In this document: positions 36,987 through 46,042 of the stretch, piece by piece | Layout: each line of letters opens with the position of its first letter | Numbering within the stretch: the stretch's first letter is position 1 | Assembly (NCBI GenBank): GCA_964525755.1 | Contig: CAZGIK010000026.1 | Location: forward strand, 8,168-72,167 | Source: an uncultured Verrucomicrobiota bacterium | GTDB lineage: Bacteria > Verrucomicrobiota > Verrucomicrobiia > Limisphaerales > UBA9464 | DNA length: 64,000 nucleotides | Direction of reading: 5' to 3' | Translations under genes and position numbers: made by a program | Notes under the pieces: model-generated | Told to the model about the DNA's origin: nothing | The model's database searches: none | Seen by the model: only the letters and a program-made list of their open reading frames with translations

Positions 36987-39900
36987 CTACGGGGCGGGCG
37001 TCGGGATCGGCGGCGGGGCGGGCGGGGCGGGTGGCGTCTTCACCCCGCGACGGATCACCCCGCCGATGCTGAAGTTCCGCCAGCCCACGCCCAACCAGCG
37101 GATGAGCGACATCGCCAGCCAGAGCGCCCAGAGGAGCATCAGCAGCCGGTACCACCAGATCGAGACCGCCACATACCACGGCTGCGGGAGGGGCCCCGCG
37201 GTCCGGTCCTGGAACCAGGCCAGCCGGGTGCGGGTGGAGCCGTTGCCGGTGATGAACATCTCGGGGCTTCCCAGCAACCCCTCGCCCACCGCGGTCACCA
37301 GGATCCCCAGCGCGGCCACGGTCAGCAGCACCAGCCCGACCTGCATCAGGTTGTACCGGACCGGCGTCCACCTCCCGCACGGCGCCAGCCCCCGCCATGC
37401 CAGCACCCACAGCCACACCACCACCACCGCCGCGGCGGGGAACGGCACCTGGGTCAGGCCCACGCCGAGCAGCAGCCATTCCACCAGCCGCAGCGGGGAA
37501 TGCCGGGGCCGGGCCAGCAGGACCGCGGCCAGCAGCGCACAGACGAGGATCACCCAGAAACGCACCGCCGGACCCCGACGCGGACCCGACGCCCACAGCA
37601 CCCACCGGCTCTCCGGCACCTCGAGCACGGTGCCCACATTCGCCGCCTCCACCGGAAGGCGGACCTCGCCCGGCTCCGCCCGCACCCCGACCTCCCCGCC
37701 GAGCTTCCACCCGACCGCCAGCGCCTGCTCGCCCGGACGGACCGGGACGATGAGCTTCCGTCCGTCCCGACGCACCGGCACCGCCTGCCCGTCATGCTGG
37801 AGCGAGGTCACCTCGGCCCCCTCGGGCAGCTCCATCACGAAGTCCTCCCCGAGGCTGCTCCGCACGGAAAGGTCGAGCGACGCCACCCGCTGCCGACGAC
37901 CCACCTGCACCGCGTGCGTCGCCCGTGCCACGGTCATCGTGGCCCCGGCCAGGGCCTCGGGCCGGAGCAGCTCCAGGCGGGCCGATTCCCCCGGCCACGG
38001 ATGCCAGACCGGGACCAGGTCGGCCCGCTCCCCCTCGAACACCGGCCCCAGCCCGCTGAAGGTCAGGTTCCAGACCGGCGACGCCACCACATGCCACCGC
38101 TCCACCCAGCCGTCCCCGGTCCGGGTCGCCAGGTCGATCCCGGTCCCCGGCGTCAGGCCGCTCTCCCACGTGAAGGCCGGGTCCTGAGCCCCGAGCCGGA
38201 CCTCCATCATCCCGTCGCGGACCACCGCCCCTTCGGACAACACATTCTCCCCGGGCAACAGGGGCACCCGCAGGGCCACGGCCCGGCCCGGGGGCGACAG
38301 GCGGGTCACCACCGTCCGCACCTGCCACTGCAGGCCCAGCTCGAGATGACGCTCCACCCGGGCCACCGGCTGCAGCTCCTGCCGGTCGTAGCTGGCCGCA
38401 CCCGACACCACCCGCTGCTCGGCGGTGAAGAAGACCTGCTGCTCCGGGACACCGTCCGGTCCCACCCCGCGAACCGTCCATCCCGGCGCCGTGATCTCCA
38501 CCCGACGCGGCCGCAGCAGGAAGGTCCATTCCCACTCGGACGCCTCCGGCAGCCCCCCCTCCACCTGCACCCGGTGGACGCCGGGCGACAGCACGATCCA
38601 GAGGAACCCGTCGTCCCGGCGCAGGACCGCTCCCGGCCGGCCATCCACCCCGACCCGCACCGGCGACCACGCGGGCAGACGCCCGGGCAGGGGTACGGCG
38701 GTCTGCACGGCGGTGTGGATCTCCGCCTCGATCCGGAGCCGACGGTCCTCGAGCCGGAGGGTCACCCGGGGAATGTCGGCCGCGTTGGGAAAGGCATCGG
38801 GAACCCGGACCAGGCGTTCCCGCAGGATCGCCAGGGTGGCGGCATCGGGAATGCCACCCGCGGCCGCCTCGGCGGACATCGCCCGCCCGCCCGCCAGACG
38901 CACCTCATCGGCCTGCAGTCCCGTCCCGGCCAGGAACAGCCCCAGCCCGACCAGCGCCGGCACCACCGCACCGGCCACGGCCAACCGGGGTCCCCGACCC
39001 GGCGTCGGGCCGCCCCGCGTCCGACGGACCAGCCACCCGACGAGCCCCAGCAGGAGACCGACCCGCAGGACGCTCACCAGGCGCTCGACGGACATCGGGA
39101 TCAGCACCGGACGCACCTGCTGGGTGGCCTGGACCGGTCCGTTCCAGCCGAAGCCGACCGTCCGCCAGTTCCACTCCGGCACGCCGGGTCCGGTCTGGAT
39201 CCGGGCCTTGGGATCGTTCAACAGGTTCTGCACGACCGCGCGATTCGCCAGTTCGGCGGATGCCCCCCGGGACAGGCCATACCGGGCGGCCTTGGCCGCC
39301 TCCCGCGTGTAGAACTCCGGGTCGGTCGACAGCGCGTACCGCGAGGTCGGGGCGGCTGCCGACGCAGGCGGGGAGACCGAGGGTCCGCGCATGGGTGTCC
39401 CGCGGACGACCTCGAGCTGGGGATAGATCGCCTGCTGCACCTGGCGGGCGAGGAAGGGGGCGAGGAACAGGCCCAGGACGGCGAGCGTCAGGTATTTCCC
39501 CGCCACCACCCAGCGCCGCAGGGGCCCCTCGGGGAGGACCCGCTCGAGGGCCAGGGGCGCCAGCAGCGCCAGCCAGAGGTACCGGGGCGCCCCGGGCTCG
39601 TGGTACGACAGGCCCAGGGCCACGAACGCCAGCAGCGCCGCCCACAGGCCCCGGATCCGGAACACCGTGAGCGAAACGATGAGCAGCACGAACAGGTCCA
39701 ACAGCGTCCAGGCCGTCACCCAGTCCCCGGCCACCCAGTCGGCCCCGGTCAACGCCAGCAGCCGCCAGCCCGGCGGCAGGTGCAGCGTCACATGCACCGA
39801 CTCGGCGTCGGACCGCCACCCGGTCGCCGGCAGCCCGGACGTCCGCTGCATCCGCCCGGTGGCCTCGAGGTCCACGTCGCGGGTCCGGATCTCCACCCCC

Positions 39901-41117
39901 GCCGCGCCGGTCCGCGGGCTGCGGGTGATCAGCTGGCCCTCGCCCCCGCTGCGGACCGATCCCAGGTCCACCCCCTCGGCCGCATCCAATCGCCACACCT
40001 GCTGCCGCTCCCCGCTGAGGCGGTCCCGGAACGTCAGCCCGCGCCCGTCCTCGTCCAGCCACCACTCCCGCGTCACGTTCAGGCCGCCCGGCGTCTGGTC
40101 GCCCATCCCCCGCAACCGTTCCTCCAGCCGGATCCCCTGCGCGGTCTCCCACCGGTACACCGGCAGGTCCCTCCACTTCTCCGGAAACGTCGTCTGCGAC
40201 ACGTCGACCGCCGCCGCCCCCGTCAGTTCCGCCACCCGAAGCCCCGGCCGTGCGCGGAAGCCGATCCATTCCTGGGCCGCCAGCGGCTCGGTCCCGGCCG
40301 GATAGCGGATCTCCCCGGGGTCATCGAGACGGAAGGCATCGACCCGGACCGTCCACTTGCCGGCCCGCACCTGGGCCTTCATCCGGCCGGCATCATCCAC
40401 CGCCACCGGGATCGGGCCCTCGACCGAGGCCAACCGCCACCCTTCGGGCAGGACCGTGCCCAGCTCCACCTCGCGGCTCCGCCCCGAGACCGTCATCTCC
40501 ACTTCCCGCCGCAGCCACACCGGGATCCCGTCCTCGAGGACCGATGAGACCTGCACCGAGAGGAAATCCTTCTCGGCCGAGCCCGACTGCCCGTCCCGAC
40601 GGAGCCACACCCATCCCTGGGGATCCCAGGCGGGTGTCTCCACCCGATTCCCCCCGATCGCCAGCTCGAGGATGCCGATGGCCGACGGGACGGGGAGGCG
40701 TTGCGGGAGGGTGTCCCATTTCCAGCCCCCTTCCACCACATGGCTCCCCGCCCCGAGCCGAACCGAGGGCACCCCGTCGTGCTCGACCACGGCGACCGGC
40801 CCCTCGCCGGTCCGCACCGCCTCCGGCCACGAGCCGGTGCCCCCGGGCAGGGGCAGCCACGTCGCGTGGAAGACGGTCACCTCCAGCCGGAACCGCCCCC
40901 CGGCCGCCCCCGCATCCACCGCCATCACCGAGGGCCAGAAACAGCGGTGCCGGTCCGGGTGGGAATACGGTGTGGGACACATCCTGTGGACGTCATCCCA
41001 CGTCGCCCAGTCCTCCCACGCCTTCAACGGCCCGGGGATCTCCCGGGAATCGGCCGCCTTCAGCCACGGCACGACGAGGAGGTGGAGGAGCGGCAGGAGG
41101 AGGAGCGGGCGCTTCAT
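36987..41117 (-). CDS. Very large (1376 aa) polytopic membrane protein of unknown function
   Basis: Start MKRPLLLLPLLHLLVVPWLKA (signal). Two soluble regions of about 450 aa, each followed by hydrophobic clusters, plus a C-terminal cluster (about 10-12 TM segments by eye). Pro-rich tail. The track ORF extension 41118-41960 lies in repeat DNA. Confidence 0.7.
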   Translation of the reverse strand: MKRPLLLLPLLHLLVVPWLKAADSREIPGPLKAWEDWATWDDVHRMCPTPYSHPDRHRCFWPSVMAVDAGAAGGRFRLEVTVFHATWLPLPGGTGSWPEAVRTGEGPVAVVEHDGVPSVRLGAGSHVVEGGWKWDTLPQRLPVPSAIGILELAIGGNRVETPAWDPQGWVWLRRDGQSGSAEKDFLSVQVSSVLEDGIPVWLRREVEMTVSGRSREVELGTVLPEGWRLASVEGPIPVAVDDAGRMKAQVRAGKWTVRVDAFRLDDPGEIRYPAGTEPLAAQEWIGFRARPGLRVAELTGAAAVDVSQTTFPEKWRDLPVYRWETAQGIRLEERLRGMGDQTPGGLNVTREWWLDEDGRGLTFRDRLSGERQQVWRLDAAEGVDLGSVRSGGEGQLITRSPRTGAAGVEIRTRDVDLEATGRMQRTSGLPATGWRSDAESVHVTLHLPPGWRLLALTGADWVAGDWVTAWTLLDLFVLLIVSLTVFRIRGLWAALLAFVALGLSYHEPGAPRYLWLALLAPLALERVLPEGPLRRWVVAGKYLTLAVLGLFLAPFLARQVQQAIYPQLEVVRGTPMRGPSVSPPASAAAPTSRYALSTDPEFYTREAAKAARYGLSRGASAELANRAVVQNLLNDPKARIQTGPGVPEWNWRTVGFGWNGPVQATQQVRPVLIPMSVERLVSVLRVGLLLGLVGWLVRRTRGGPTPGRGPRLAVAGAVVPALVGLGLFLAGTGLQADEVRLAGGRAMSAEAAAGGIPDAATLAILRERLVRVPDAFPNAADIPRVTLRLEDRRLRIEAEIHTAVQTAVPLPGRLPAWSPVRVGVDGRPGAVLRRDDGFLWIVLSPGVHRVQVEGGLPEASEWEWTFLLRPRRVEITAPGWTVRGVGPDGVPEQQVFFTAEQRVVSGAASYDRQELQPVARVERHLELGLQWQVRTVVTRLSPPGRAVALRVPLLPGENVLSEGAVVRDGMMEVRLGAQDPAFTWESGLTPGTGIDLATRTGDGWVERWHVVASPVWNLTFSGLGPVFEGERADLVPVWHPWPGESARLELLRPEALAGATMTVARATHAVQVGRRQRVASLDLSVRSSLGEDFVMELPEGAEVTSLQHDGQAVPVRRDGRKLIVPVRPGEQALAVGWKLGGEVGVRAEPGEVRLPVEAANVGTVLEVPESRWVLWASGPRRGPAVRFWVILVCALLAAVLLARPRHSPLRLVEWLLLGVGLTQVPFPAAAVVVVWLWVLAWRGLAPCGRWTPVRYNLMQVGLVLLTVAALGILVTAVGEGLLGSPEMFITGNGSTRTRLAWFQDRTAGPLPQPWYVAVSIWWYRLLMLLWALWLAMSLIRWLGVGWRNFSIGGVIRRGVKTPPAPPAPPPIPTPAP

Positions 41118-41302
41118 GGGAGGGGGCGGGCCGGGGGGGAGGAGATCTGTGCCGGGAGGCAGGACCGTCCCGGGTGGATGCTTTCCACCCTGCACCCGGA
41201 CCCGTCCCGCTGGCAAGCCACCCGGCAGGAGCGGCGGCCAGTCCGGTGGCGCGAGGCTCCCGGCGAGCCCTGCCCGCTTCGTCGTTCGCCGCTTCGAGGC
41301 CC

Positions 41303-41521
41303 ACGCCGATCGTCGGCCGGTCCCCTCTTCCCTTCGCCACCCTCCGGAGGGCCTCGCTCCGCCGAGGTCGGGGCTCGGGGGGAAGCCCCATCCCGCTTCG
41401 CGGGCCCGCACGCGGGAGCGTGCGGCTCCGGATGACCCGAGGGGCGGGACGGAGGCCGTCAGGCCGTCGCGTCCCCGGCTTCCCCCGGCCCCGCCGCACC
41501 GGCGGATTCCGATCCGCCGCC
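41303..41521 (+). repeat. 219-bp direct repeat, copy 1 (upstream of PiT gene)
   Basis: Identical to 43446-43664 except for 2 mismatches (cacc versus ttcc at 41497-41500). Confidence 0.95.
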
Positions 41522-41679
41522 ACCCGCTTCGCCGGTCATCCCGGAAAGCGGTGTCATGGTGCCTGACACCCCGGTGGGGGGTGCGCCGGCCGCGCCGGCA
41601 TGGCGGCCGCGTGACGTTCCGGGAACAACCCGCAACCCGACGCGACAGGCGGCCTGTCCATCGGGTACGGGAGGGCCCG

Positions 41680-43230
41680 ATGGACATTCCCGTCTGGCTC
41701 GCCGTCTCCGTGGTGATCCTCCTGGCCGCCGCCGACCTCTGGTCGGGAGTCGCCAACGACGCGGTCAATTTCCTCAACTCGGCCATCGGATCCCGGGTGG
41801 CCTCGTTCCGGGTGGCCGTGATCGTCACCGCCGCAGGGATCCTTGTTGGCACCCTGGGCGCATCGGGCCTCATGGAGGTTGCCCGGAGCGGGGTGTTCAA
41901 TCCCGCCGCCTTCGTGGACCCCGCCAGCGGCGCCGTGCAGGTCCAGCACCTGATCGCCATCTACCTCGGCGTGATGGTGGCCGATGTCCTCCTGCTCGAC
42001 GGGTTCAACTCGCTGGGCCTGCCCACCTCCACCACGGTGGCGGTGATCTCGGAACTGGCGGGCGCCTCGCTCGCGGCCGCACTCTGGACACTGCCGGGCG
42101 GTTGGCCGGCCGCCCTGGGGGTGATCCGGGCCGGGCCGCTCCTCGGGATCTACACCGGGATCTTCCTGAGCGTGGCCGTCGCCTTCGGGATCGGCTCCCT
42201 CGCCATGCTCCTGGTCCGACTGGCCTACGGCCGGGATCCGGACCGGGGATTCCGTCAGTGGGGCTGGCTGTGGGCGGGTTGCGCGGCGGCGGTCCTCGGA
42301 CATTTCGTCGTGCTCAAGGGCATCGCCGGCCCGGCCACGGGCCGCCACGGACTGCTTCCACCCGGGATCGTCCGGGGTTTCTCCCCGGCGGCCTTCGTCA
42401 TCGCCGCGTGGCTGGCCTGGCTCGGACGCAACCACCCCCGGAGGGTCCTGGGCGTCCTGATCCTCGTCGGCACCGCGGCGCTCGCCGTGGCGTTCGCCGG
42501 AAACGACCTGGTCAACTTCATCGGCCCCGCCGTCGCGGCAATCCACACGGCCGCCCGGCCGGACCATCCGCCCGGCGCACCGGCCGGGACCCATCCGGCG
42601 ATCCTCCTGGCCGCCGGTGCCTGGATGGTCCTCGCCGTCGCGGTGTCCCGAAAGGCGCGACGGGTGACCGACACCGAGGTCCGCCTCGCCGGCCACTCGG
42701 CCATGCCCCAGCGCTTCCGCGCCCACGCCGTCGCCCACGGCATCGTCCGGTGGGGACACGACGGCCTGCGACTCGGATCACGCTCCCTGCCCGCCCGTTG
42801 GCGCAACTGGCTCACCACCCGCATGGCTCCCCCGCCGGCGGACGAGGACCACCCGGCCTACGATCCGCTCCGGGCCAGCGTCAACCTCACCGTCTCCGCC
42901 GCCCTGATCGCCCTCGGCACCTCGTGGCACCTGCCGCTGTCCACCACCTACATCACCTTCGCCACCGCCATGGGCGCCGCACTGGGGGACTTCGCCTGGA
43001 GCCGCCACGACGCACCGGCCCGGATCGCCGGAATCCTCGTGGTGCTCGGGGGCTGGATGGTCACCGGGGTGCTCGCGGCCCTCGGGGCCTTCATCGTCAC
43101 CAGTTGCCTGGTCCGATGGGGCCAGGCCGGAATGCTCCTGTGCCTCGCCGCCCTCGCCTGGACGCTGTGGCGCCTGCACCCGGTCCGCATTCGTCGCCAC
43201 GCCGGAACGATGCCGTCGGGAGGGAAATGA
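41680..43230 (+). CDS. Inorganic phosphate transporter, PiT (PHO4) family
   Basis: Start MDIPVWLAVSVVILL. The duplicated signature is divergent (GVANDAVNFLNSAIGS ... GNDLVNFIGP). About 10-12 hydrophobic helices. Confidence 0.8.
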   Translation: MDIPVWLAVSVVILLAAADLWSGVANDAVNFLNSAIGSRVASFRVAVIVTAAGILVGTLGASGLMEVARSGVFNPAAFVDPASGAVQVQHLIAIYLGVMVADVLLLDGFNSLGLPTSTTVAVISELAGASLAAALWTLPGGWPAALGVIRAGPLLGIYTGIFLSVAVAFGIGSLAMLLVRLAYGRDPDRGFRQWGWLWAGCAAAVLGHFVVLKGIAGPATGRHGLLPPGIVRGFSPAAFVIAAWLAWLGRNHPRRVLGVLILVGTAALAVAFAGNDLVNFIGPAVAAIHTAARPDHPPGAPAGTHPAILLAAGAWMVLAVAVSRKARRVTDTEVRLAGHSAMPQRFRAHAVAHGIVRWGHDGLRLGSRSLPARWRNWLTTRMAPPPADEDHPAYDPLRASVNLTVSAALIALGTSWHLPLSTTYITFATAMGAALGDFAWSRHDAPARIAGILVVLGGWMVTGVLAALGAFIVTSCLVRWGQAGMLLCLAALAWTLWRLHPVRIRRHAGTMPSGGK

Positions 43231-43445
43231 CGGCGCAACCGATTCGTCCGCCGGACAGGGAGTGGGCGGGGCGCCGGCACTCGCGGATTTGGAGTGCGGC
43301 GGGAAGCGTCAGCGCCACCTCACCCTTTGGAAGCCGGACGGGCATCCGACCGACAGCCGGGCCCGCCATGCCCTCCCCGCCTCGGGTCGGGATCGGACCG
43401 AGCAGATCGTGCCGCCTCCCGACATCGGCCCCGGGTCCGTAGCCG

Positions 43446-43664
43446 ACGCCGATCGTCGGCCGGTCCCCTCTTCCCTTCGCCACCCTCCGGAGGGCCTCGC
43501 TCCGCCGAGGTCGGGGCTCGGGGGGAAGCCCCATCCCGCTTCGCGGGCCCGCACGCGGGAGCGTGCGGCTCCGGATGACCCGAGGGGCGGGACGGAGGCC
43601 GTCAGGCCGTCGCGTCCCCGGCTTCCCCCGGCCCCGCCGTTCCGGCGGATTCCGATCCGCCGCC
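43446..43664 (+). repeat. 219-bp direct repeat, copy 2 (downstream of PiT gene; overlaps the 3' end of the GrpE-like gene)
   Basis: See copy 1. The spacing between copies is 2143 bp. Confidence 0.95.
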
Positions 43665-44444
43665 CACCGGCTCGACCGTCACCACGATGCGGCGGACCCC
43701 CACACCCCGGATCGAGTACCCGCAGGCCACCGTTCCCTGGATCCGCGCCCCGGGCTGCGATGCGGTGCCATCGGCCGTCTCATGCATCTCGGGGTCGAAG
43801 GCATCCCCGGGACGCGCCTCGTGGGCGGCGATGCCCAGGCGGCGGACGGCGTCGAGGCAGGCGGCCCGGAACTGGCCCAACTGCTGGACCAGGCCGGGCT
43901 GACCCGACCGGACCCCGGCCTGGTGCAGGGCGAAGGTGTGGTCGAGCAGGTGGAGGATCACATTCAGCGTCTCCTGCTCGCCCCGATGCAGCTTCTCCAG
44001 CTCCAGGCGCATGGCCTGGCGATCCTGGTCGTTCGACTTCTGGAGGAACGCCGAGAACGCCTCGCGTTCCGACTGGAGCCGATCCGCCAGCTCCTCCGAC
44101 GCCGTCCGGGCCAGGCGGGCCGCGTCGCCCGCCCCCTGGAAGCCCGCCACCGCCGCCTGGATGTCCCGGCCCGCCTGCTGCACCAGCCGGATCTGGTCCA
44201 GCGTTCCCGCCAGCGACACCTGCTCCGACGCCCGCATGGCCGCCTCGTACTCCATCCGGTACGGCCGCGTCAGGAGCCACGCCCCCGCCGCCACGGCCCC
44301 GGCGATCACCGCCGCGGTGCCGGTGCCGAACGGCAACCGTCCCGCATGGGCCGCCCACGCCAGCCCCGCCGCCGTCCCCAGCAGCAGGACGTCGCCCACG
44401 AGGAAGGGCCACTTGGGGGCGGGCGGATATTGGACTTCGGACAT
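43602..44444 (-). CDS. Membrane-anchored protein with a GrpE-like C-terminal domain
   Basis: Start MSEVQYPP. Two hydrophobic helices and a coiled-coil-like middle. GDAFDPEMHETAD...GTVACGYSIRGVGVRRIVVTV resembles the GrpE beta-domain (FDPxxHEA). The last ~20 codons lie inside repeat copy 2. Confidence 0.55.
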   Translation of the reverse strand: MSEVQYPPAPKWPFLVGDVLLLGTAAGLAWAAHAGRLPFGTGTAAVIAGAVAAGAWLLTRPYRMEYEAAMRASEQVSLAGTLDQIRLVQQAGRDIQAAVAGFQGAGDAARLARTASEELADRLQSEREAFSAFLQKSNDQDRQAMRLELEKLHRGEQETLNVILHLLDHTFALHQAGVRSGQPGLVQQLGQFRAACLDAVRRLGIAAHEARPGDAFDPEMHETADGTASQPGARIQGTVACGYSIRGVGVRRIVVTVEPVGGGSESAGTAGPGEAGDATA

Positions 44445-44573
44445 GAGCCCCGACTCTAGGAATCCCACCCCCGGGGGCAAGACCCGGGGGCCCCACCCCC
44501 GCGAACCGGCGCCTGCGCATCCCGTCAGATTTCCGCTGTCCGCCCCAAACCGGCCCGGCTACGGTTCCCCGGA

Positions 44574-45446
44574 ATGAAGGAACCCAAGACGGACGCCACC
44601 ATGGCGGTGTTTCTCGACCTCGAGAACATCGCCCTCGGCGCCCGCGACGCCCGCTTCCCGCGCTTCGACATCCAGAAGGTGCTCGAGCGCCTCCTCCTCA
44701 AGGGCCACATCGTGGTCAAGAAGGCCTACTGCGACTTCGACCGGTACAAGGAGTTCAAACGCGACCTGCACGAGGCCGCCTTCGAGCTCATCGAGATCCC
44801 CCATGTCCGGCAGTCCGGCAAGAACTCGGCCGACATCCGCATGGTCGTCGACGCCCTCGACCTCTGCTACACCAAGGGTCACGTCGACACCTTCGTGATC
44901 ATCAGCGGCGACTCCGACTTCTCCCCCCTGGTGAGCAAGCTGCGCGAGAACGCCAAGACGGTGATCGGGATGGGGGTCAAGAACTCGACGTCCGACCTAT
45001 TCATCAACAACTGCGACCAGTTCATCTACTACGACGATCTGGTCCGGCCCGACCGCACCCGGGCCCGGCGGCCCGCGGCGGCCGCGGCGGCCACGACGGG
45101 CGGGACCGCAGCGGCGACCCCGGCCACCGGCACCGCCCGGTCGCGCACCGCCGCCGGCGCCGCCGCGGCGACGGAACCCGAGCCCACCTCCGGGCCCACC
45201 CTGCAGAAGGCCCTCGACCTGGTCTCGGAGACGATCGACGCACTGGCCGAGGAGCGTGAGGCCGACGAACGGATCTGGGGCTCGATGGTCAAGCAGGCGA
45301 TCAAGCGCCGGCATCCCGGGTTCAACGAGCGGGCCCACGGGTTCCGCTCGTTCAACGACCTGCTGCTCGAGGCCCAGAAACGCGGACTGCTGAAGCTCGC
45401 CGCCGACGAGAAATCCGGCGGCTACATCATCGAGTCGTTCGAGTAG
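44574..45446 (+). CDS. NYN-domain (LabA-like) RNase-fold protein with C-terminal OST-HTH/LOTUS domain
   Basis: VFLDLENI...KAYCDF...GKNSADIRMVVDALD...FVIISGDSDFSPLV (NYN acidic residues). Ala/Thr-rich linker. C-terminal WGSMVKQAIKRRHPGFNERAHGFRSFNDLLLEAQKRGLL (OST-HTH). Confidence 0.85.
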   Translation: MKEPKTDATMAVFLDLENIALGARDARFPRFDIQKVLERLLLKGHIVVKKAYCDFDRYKEFKRDLHEAAFELIEIPHVRQSGKNSADIRMVVDALDLCYTKGHVDTFVIISGDSDFSPLVSKLRENAKTVIGMGVKNSTSDLFINNCDQFIYYDDLVRPDRTRARRPAAAAAATTGGTAAATPATGTARSRTAAGAAAATEPEPTSGPTLQKALDLVSETIDALAEEREADERIWGSMVKQAIKRRHPGFNERAHGFRSFNDLLLEAQKRGLLKLAADEKSGGYIIESFE

Positions 45447-45491
45447 CGGCCGCCTGCCACGACCACGAGCCGGCAGGCACTCCCGGTCCCT

Positions 45492-45974
45492 TCACGCGGA
45501 CCGGCCGCCGGTCTCGCGCAGGGCCTCCCGGCAGTACCACCGGATCGCCCCGCTCAGCGGCGGGTCCAACCGGTCGAGATCGTCCGCGCGGCACCATCGG
45601 ATGTCGTGATGCTCGGCCTCCGCCAGGGTGAGCGTCCCCGCCCGCGGCCGGGCCCAGTAGATCATGCCGATGTGCTCGTGGGTGTCGGTGATCCGGTGGA
45701 TGTCCAGGTGCCGGGGTGCGATGAGCGCCCGGGTGCCGGGCTCGGTCACCGGGGGCCGCTCCCCGACCAGCTCCACGTCCAGCCCGCTCTCCTCCCGCAC
45801 CTCGCGCAACGCCGCGGCCTCCGGGTCCTCGTCCAACTCGATGTGCCCGCCCACCGGGAGCCATTTGCCGAGGCGCCGGTGATGGACAAGGAGGACCCGG
45901 TCGGCATCGACCACGAACACGGCCACGGTGAAGTCGATCTTCTCGTGCAGGTGCGGCATGACGTCGACCGGCAT
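45492..45974 (-). CDS. NUDIX hydrolase
   Basis: Nudix box GGHIELDEDPEAAALREVREESGL. Alternative start at 45959. Confidence 0.85.
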   Translation of the reverse strand: MPVDVMPHLHEKIDFTVAVFVVDADRVLLVHHRRLGKWLPVGGHIELDEDPEAAALREVREESGLDVELVGERPPVTEPGTRALIAPRHLDIHRITDTHEHIGMIYWARPRAGTLTLAEAEHHDIRWCRADDLDRLDPPLSGAIRWYCREALRETGGRSA

Positions 45975-46042
45975 AGCCGGGACGGGACGCAACGGGGAGC
46001 CCGGAATCCGGCGGGCCCGCCGCGCGAGGCGGCCCCGGGACG

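Noticed and set aside
41118-41960. N-terminal extension of the giant membrane protein ORF (the track start at 41960).
   Set aside because: The extension is encoded by repeat modules and is Arg/Pro-rich. A proper signal peptide (MKRPLLLLPLLHLL) begins at 41117.
45060-45190. An Ala/Thr/Gly/Pro-rich stretch in the NYN-LOTUS gene as a DNA tandem repeat or contingency locus.
   Set aside because: There is no exact nucleotide periodicity. It behaves as a low-complexity interdomain linker.
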